DNA of 58,732 bases, counting the filler, from Porpidia crustulata (lineage: Eukaryota), in NCBI GenBank assembly GCA_964255105.1. It is 6 parts of 6 records of this genome, joined end to end, with 100 filler letters (N's around TTAATTAATTAA, not from the genome) between each part and the next. Parts side by side here need not be neighbours in the genome. Positions count along the whole stretch, not along the records: positions 49,040 to 58,732 come from CAXUWE010000903.1; 5 more parts are not named here. The stretch is one strand, 5' to 3'. Position 1 is the first letter of the stretch; each line of letters begins with the position of its first letter. The notes under the pieces were generated by a model that saw only the letters and a list, made by a program, of their open reading frames with translations, was not told the DNA's origin and searched no databases. The position numbers and the translations under genes are program-made. Below, in pieces: positions 52,408-58,732 of this stretch.

Positions 52408-53565
52408 TCAATCACTGAGGTCAGGGTTAGCAACAAACAGCCTGACTCCAGCCATGCCGCTCAATGTATTGGCTCTTTCATCCACACTTCCCCGCCTCCG
52501 AAGTTCTTCCGCGCTCTTACCCTCTTCTCGCCTCGCGCTGTTGGCCACAGGCGCACTGAGCTGTCCGACGTTGCCAAAGCTTGATTCCCGTTCCGATGAT
52601 CCTCCACTACCTCCCTGGCCTGACGGTTGACCAAAGTAATCCCCATTAGAATGACCAAGATAGTTTGCTGGCACTGGTGTTTCGTCGAGCTCCGGTATAC
52701 CCTCATTCGGGCTGTTGCCGTGCCCTCCAGGACTGCTTCCATGTGTACTTGTTGGTGTACTGCCCTCACTATATCTATTCGAGTTCCTCGGATTAAGGTA
52801 TTTGTTGCTTCCAAGCGAGCTTCGTCCACTATTCGTCCGCTCATGGTAGGTATTCCTCTGACTGTGGCCATCCTCATTATCACTTTCCTCCTCACCAACC
52901 TCACTGGCACTTAACCGCATGGGTACGCCCCCTCCTGCCATATTTGCCGAACTATAACCCTGAGCCTTGGGTATGCCATGATGTCGAATCTTGCTCCTGA
53001 CTCCAAGACTGCCACTGCCCATACTGCCAATGCTACTTCTTCCTTCCATATTTCCCCCACTCACTTCTCTAGCGGCCCGTAGTTTGGCAGCCTTCTGCTG
53101 TGCCACTATTCTGGGATCTTCATGTTGCGCTCGATCGCACCACACAGTAGCCTTTTGTTTCCGCATCAATGCTACATAGCTTGATGGTGTAATTGAGATT
53201 CCAGATCTCGTTGATGCGGTACGGCTGATGGTTGATGATGCAGTTGAGGGTGTACGATTTGGGAGGTATGCGGTGTTTGAAGATGAGGCGGTTGAAGTCG
53301 AAGGAGTGCGACGAGCGGAATTCATAGCGTTTGGGTACATTGGTGTTGCTGATGACGCTCCAGGCTGAGCAGTTCTTCGAGGGAACGAGAAGGATGAAGT
53401 TGTCGAAGTCGGCTGCTGCCCTCTCGAGGGAGGCAGTGCTACATCTGGGACAATCTTGGTCAACGGCTGAATGCCACCGTTGTTGGCTGGAATGTTGTGA
53501 GCCGCTACCGGTTTTCTGTGTGGAAATTGGTAGGCCCCTTGCCCTCGAAAATCCAGTGTTGCCAT
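52408..53565 (-). CDS. Conserved fungal hypothetical protein (Ser/Gly-rich, intronless)
   Basis: ORF from ATG 53565 (MATLDFRGQ). Motif islands SSYVALMRKQKATVWCDRAQHEDPR, GGVPMRLSASEV and LRRRGSVDER...RLFVANPD in low-complexity sequence. Confidence 0.8.
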   Translation of the reverse strand: MATLDFRGQGAYQFPHRKPVAAHNIPANNGGIQPLTKIVPDVALPPSRGQQPTSTTSSFSFPRRTAQPGASSATPMYPNAMNSARRTPSTSTASSSNTAYLPNRTPSTASSTISRTASTRSGISITPSSYVALMRKQKATVWCDRAQHEDPRIVAQQKAAKLRAAREVSGGNMEGRSSIGSMGSGSLGVRSKIRHHGIPKAQGYSSANMAGGGVPMRLSASEVGEEESDNEDGHSQRNTYHERTNSGRSSLGSNKYLNPRNSNRYSEGSTPTSTHGSSPGGHGNSPNEGIPELDETPVPANYLGHSNGDYFGQPSGQGGSGGSSERESSFGNVGQLSAPVANSARREEGKSAEELRRRGSVDERANTLSGMAGVRLFVANPDLSD

Positions 53566-54965
53566 ATTGGATAGCTCAAAATCCACCGTCAAGGTGAAGA
53601 ATAGAGGGTGCGGCAGACGCGAGTAGTTTGCTACAGTCCACGGTTCAGTCTCTTAAGCATGTTCTAAGGCGTAGACTAGAATCGAACGGAAGACAAGATC
53701 GTCCACCACGATAAATTGGACGAGGACCGTTTCCCGCTTGATAAGTAAGATGACAATGAGTGTGAAGTGGTGAAAGAAGACCGCAGGATGTTGTTCAACT
53801 GTCACGATGCGTGAACATTGGGGTGATTACTTTAGTTGGACAAGGTGCGAAGGCCAGCTCCGGTAAGCTGACCAACCGAGGTGAATAATAAGAGTACCTA
53901 CTCGTACAGACTGATAGTGAGAAAGCGTTGACTCACGATATGATACGACCGTTGCCAACTAAAAGTATAGGAGCTGGATGAGCTGGATGTGCAACCCAGG
54001 CTGTTGAGCGATATCGTGATATGATTGGTCAAATCCTTGTACGGGCGCGCTATGGAATTACGAACTAAAGGGGATTACAGATTCTTTTTACTTTCCGTCG
54101 CATTTGATGATTCTATCAGCTTGTCTATCAGCTCACCTTCATCGCCCCTTGTCATCCACCACCCTCCTTTTGGCATCTCCTATTCCACCGTGCAATCCCT
54201 GAGGTTGGTTGAGGCGTCCGCCTGCTGCGCGCTCTGCTTCAACTTCCCCGCCTCTAAGGTCTGTTACCAATCGTCCTACACCAGTCTAGTATCAGAGATT
54301 CAAAGTCCACTGTCGTCCCTCAGTGGCACATGGCCTAAATCGCTATAAGGATCAAGAAGAGCCGAACGATACCTTTCGGCTGTATTTGTACGTCTTGCAC
54401 TAGTTCGAGCAGCCAGTGATCGTCCTCCGAACTGCTGTGGCTTATCGAACTCATGCACTCGTCTATTTGCATCTCTCTCTCTCACATGGTCTTCCTGCCG
54501 TGTAACTTCTCTTACCTAGATGCTCCAAAGTTCCTTTCAAAATTTGTGTTAGCTTTGATCAAATGTCAGTATACCTCTTAGGAGGGTTGTTCTGCATGTG
54601 ATAGTGTGCCCTCTGCTCTACTGGCAAATATCTCTGGCACAAGCACGTGTGAAATGCACAATAATCGGGAAAAATCAATATCACTTCGGGGTCATGTCGA
54701 ATCCAACACAAATTGGCTGGAGATATCATACGAAGGTGGGAGAAGGCCCAAGAGCTCATGCAAGCCAGTGATACCCTGCAAAGTCCCATTATTCTGCACT
54801 CGGCCATCTTGAATGTATCTCGGATCAAGAATATAAATGATGGATCGACTATGGTCATTTTCATAACTTTCATTCGTTATCCCAACTTCAATGAGCACAA
54901 CCTATCTACATAGGTGGTACGCCCCACTCAAGAGTATGTCCACTGAAGTAAAATATGACGTACAT

Positions 54966-56012
<1,047 letters not shown>

Positions 56013-56815
56013 GATGGATGCTGAAGCAAGTGTTTGATGGGATTATAGTGTTGAAGTGAGATAGAATTGACCGTAAGGTGATCGGTGAGAGATAATGATC
56101 TAGATATAGATGTAGAACGGGATGGAGAAGAAGAAAGGGTCCAGAGCTCAAGTATTAAATAATTGGAGATTAAGAGCATTGAGCTGGAAGAGAAACAATT
56201 AAATGGTGGCTCGAATTTGCTCAAGTTACCCCACCAAGGGGAATTATCAAATCGCCAGTCATAAAGCGGGGGCGCATGTGAGAAAGTCGACCGGATTGAC
56301 CAATCAGAATTTATTCCCAGCGGCAACTCCGCTTAGTCATGCCATCTGTGTTCCGCCAGCTCCGTACCTAGTGAAGACAGACATCCGGCAATCGCGCTCT
56401 TACGGAAGAATTACCAATTCTCTCATAATCTCCAGTATTTCTTCATGGCTGATTTATTCATTATATTTTATTATAAATATCAGGCGTCCCAACTAGACTG
56501 TCTTCGATCGTATAGCTCATGTCAACCCTGGTTGAAGACCAAGTGACCAAGTGGCCAAGTGGCTTATAGGCTGAAGGAAGCAACCGCCGACAGAATTGCG
56601 GATATTCCTACTGTAGAAGCGCTGATATTTGTGCTTTTTAGTCGAGAGCCTAGGCACCGACAACCTCCAAAATGCCGGTAAAATGATCCGTTCAAGTATA
56701 GTTATGGATCCATCACTGCCAGCTTTGACTCCGAGCTCCTCTCTTCGTGTACTGTTAGAGCCTTTCTCGCAGCTCCTTCGTCGGGGAGATTGTCGTATCG
56801 GGGGGTGGATAAAGT

Positions 56816-57319
56816 TTAGTAGCTTGTGACGTTGAGTGCAGAAGGTGAGGTAAGAATCTTTGAGGATCCTTTTGCCGTGAATCGCATGTCTGCCGACATC
56901 AGCTCTGGTTCCAAGTTTCCTGAAAGTACGAGGAGCATCTTCTCCTCTGGACCGATCATAGCTTTTCCGCCGAGTCCGGGCATATCTTGATTCATGACAC
57001 AATGTCTCAGTATATCCGAGGCACATTGGATCACTTCGCCAAATGGAAAGGTGTCGGCGTCCTCCTCTTGGACGAAATCTATCAAAACGGTGCAGGAATT
57101 GAAGTGCCAGCGATGTGGAACCCCGTAGCCCTGAGATGGATCGCGAGAGAAATGCATGGGCGCCCACGTCTTGTCGCCTATCTTCATGATATCGAAGATA
57201 TCAGCGCAGTCGTCGACCACAACGGGCGTGAGTGCTGGAGTATGCGCAAAACACTGTATTCTGGGCAGGGCTACAACTTGAAGGACATGGTAGGAACTTA
57301 TGAGGAAGCTTTTGAGCAT
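56816..57319 (-). CDS. Small secreted cysteine-containing protein (167 aa)
   Basis: Signal-like N-terminus ending ...VLQVVALP, 5 Cys, pattern VPHRW.FNSCTVLID...D.F...VIQCA..I...CV...GG.AMIG. Confidence 0.7.
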   Translation of the reverse strand: MLKSFLISSYHVLQVVALPRIQCFAHTPALTPVVVDDCADIFDIMKIGDKTWAPMHFSRDPSQGYGVPHRWHFNSCTVLIDFVQEEDADTFPFGEVIQCASDILRHCVMNQDMPGLGGKAMIGPEEKMLLVLSGNLEPELMSADMRFTAKGSSKILTSPSALNVTSY

Positions 57320-57993
57320 GATATTGCTGGGCTGGTTTGGAAATCGAGAGTGATCTGGATGGTTAAGGATTCGTACTGTCGCGATGTACGAGCTTGAAGT
57401 AAGTGTGCAGAGAAATTTAGAACGCAGGGTGAATCAGTCATTTTCTCGTTGTTGCTGGCCATGAATTGCGCCGCCTTCTTACTGCTGCGGCTATCAAGTA
57501 CAACTACCATACGATGACACGAGCTAATAACGTTATCACATATTCTCAGGCGCCGTTAATATAGAAAACCTTGGTTTAGATGTTGTGAAATGGCTTTGCA
57601 CATCTATCCGATTTGTCCAACGGGTAGTATGTATAGTGAGGTCGGAGCTGAGGGCGGAGCTCTGGGAGATGGAAAGTACGATCTAGTCACTTTGTCAACG
57701 ATGGTGCACCGAATCGTTCAATGCTATGGATTTCATGGTGGTCGCGACGGTAATGTATCAATCTATTTCATATCAATGTTAAGACCCATCGTCCGTACTC
57801 TGAACATCAGTAGAAATTGTGCTTGGAATGCTTCTTCGCGTTGTTGATATTCTGCATTCTTTACTTGCTATCCCTTGCTTGACTCTTATGGCCATCTTCT
57901 CACGTAGTTTGAGAATCTTCGACCTCTTCTTTCATCACCACTTGTAGTCTATCTGACTCATTCAATCTCTCTTTGGAAAACTCCCTGTCAGTC

Positions 57994-58732
57994 ATGGCAG
58001 TGAGATTGGGTATTGGTGGTATAGTTGCAATCTGCGCTTCGGCTGGAGCCCTTTCTTTTGCTGCTGGGACCATGCTGGTGATCAGGTATCTTCGCCAAAA
58101 ACACAGCCGTCTTGCAGCACTCAGAAGCGAAACTGTTGAACAAAGATTGAGTGGCTATGCCGGAGGTCATTTCAATTTCACAGATGCAGATTTCGCCCGG
58201 ACTCCAGGCACTAGAACCAGACTCCGCCGCCCTATGAATAATCCGTATGGTAGCCCGCGCGATTGGACAACAATTCCGTCGTGCGAAAATCTTGAACACC
58301 GAACGATCCCACCGCAGAATGCAAAGGCCGAAGTCGTTGGTATAGCAGGCCACGATCCTGCTTCCAAAGGCCGAAGATGGCCACTACCTCCACGTTTAAA
58401 AAGGACGAATGCTATTCTATTGCCGGCTCTCAGGGCACCTCCCCCAGCTCAGCTCGCCGAGAGTCTAGCGAAGCGGGCCGAGACACCTATCGGTAAGGTA
58501 CAGATATCTGGTCCGATACAGGAACCAGTGGGGAGATATACAGAGCAGCACACAAAGCACAACACTAATGCTACAGTAGCCGGATCTCGACCTGGACTTT
58601 TCGCACATGCTTCGCCCGAAGCGGTCACAAAGCCAAAACCATTATTCTACGGTAAGCAGCGGAGTGGCTCCACTGGCGTTATTGGCCAGGGTTCGGAATG
58701 GAATGGCAAGCCTACGTTGGTAGATGTTCCAC
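57994..58732 (+). CDS. Hypothetical single-pass membrane protein, 3' truncated (absent from ORF track)
   Basis: Manual translation MAVRLGIGGIVAICASAGALSFAAGTMLVIRYLRQKHSR...; hydrophobic anchor followed by basic residues, frame open to the window end. Confidence 0.65.
   Translation, partial: MAVRLGIGGIVAICASAGALSFAAGTMLVIRYLRQKHSRLAALRSETVEQRLSGYAGGHFNFTDADFARTPGTRTRLRRPMNNPYGSPRDWTTIPSCENLEHRTIPPQNAKAEVVGIAGHDPASKGRRWPLPPRLKRTNAILLPALRAPPPAQLAESLAKRAETPIGKVQISGPIQEPVGRYTEQHTKHNTNATVAGSRPGLFAHASPEAVTKPKPLFYGKQRSGSTGVIGQGSEWNGKPTLVDVP

Overview
Eukaryotic DNA from a filamentous ascomycete (Pezizomycotina). Short GT-AG introns with CTRAC/CTAAY branch sites support this; a lichen-forming Lecanoromycete is a plausible but unproven guess. 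The window is not one locus. It is six separate contigs of 9718, 9717, 9706, 9704, 9694 and 9693 bp, in descending length order, joined by artificial 100-nt N44-TTAATTAATTAA-N44 spacers, so gene adjacency across spacers is meaningless. Five contigs hold ordinary fungal genes: USE1-like 5' end, C2H2 transcription factor, ARP2, NPY1, SPC3, XRN1, HAT2/MSI1-type WD40, Gfo/Idh/MocA oxidoreductase, ADA2 3' end, DUF2415, SSC1, GVP36, ARV1, ERG7, a polyol SDR, a small secreted Cys protein and several hypotheticals. Contig 5 (39246-48939) has no recognisable housekeeping gene and looks like a degenerate, RIP-like mutated accessory region, with one intact orphan ORF and a GC-rich spliced island. The most intriguing cross-window signal is a recurrent sharp C-rich to G-rich skew switch at local GC peaks, which also tends to coincide with contig ends. 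I cannot demonstrate a new multi-gene system from the sequence alone.
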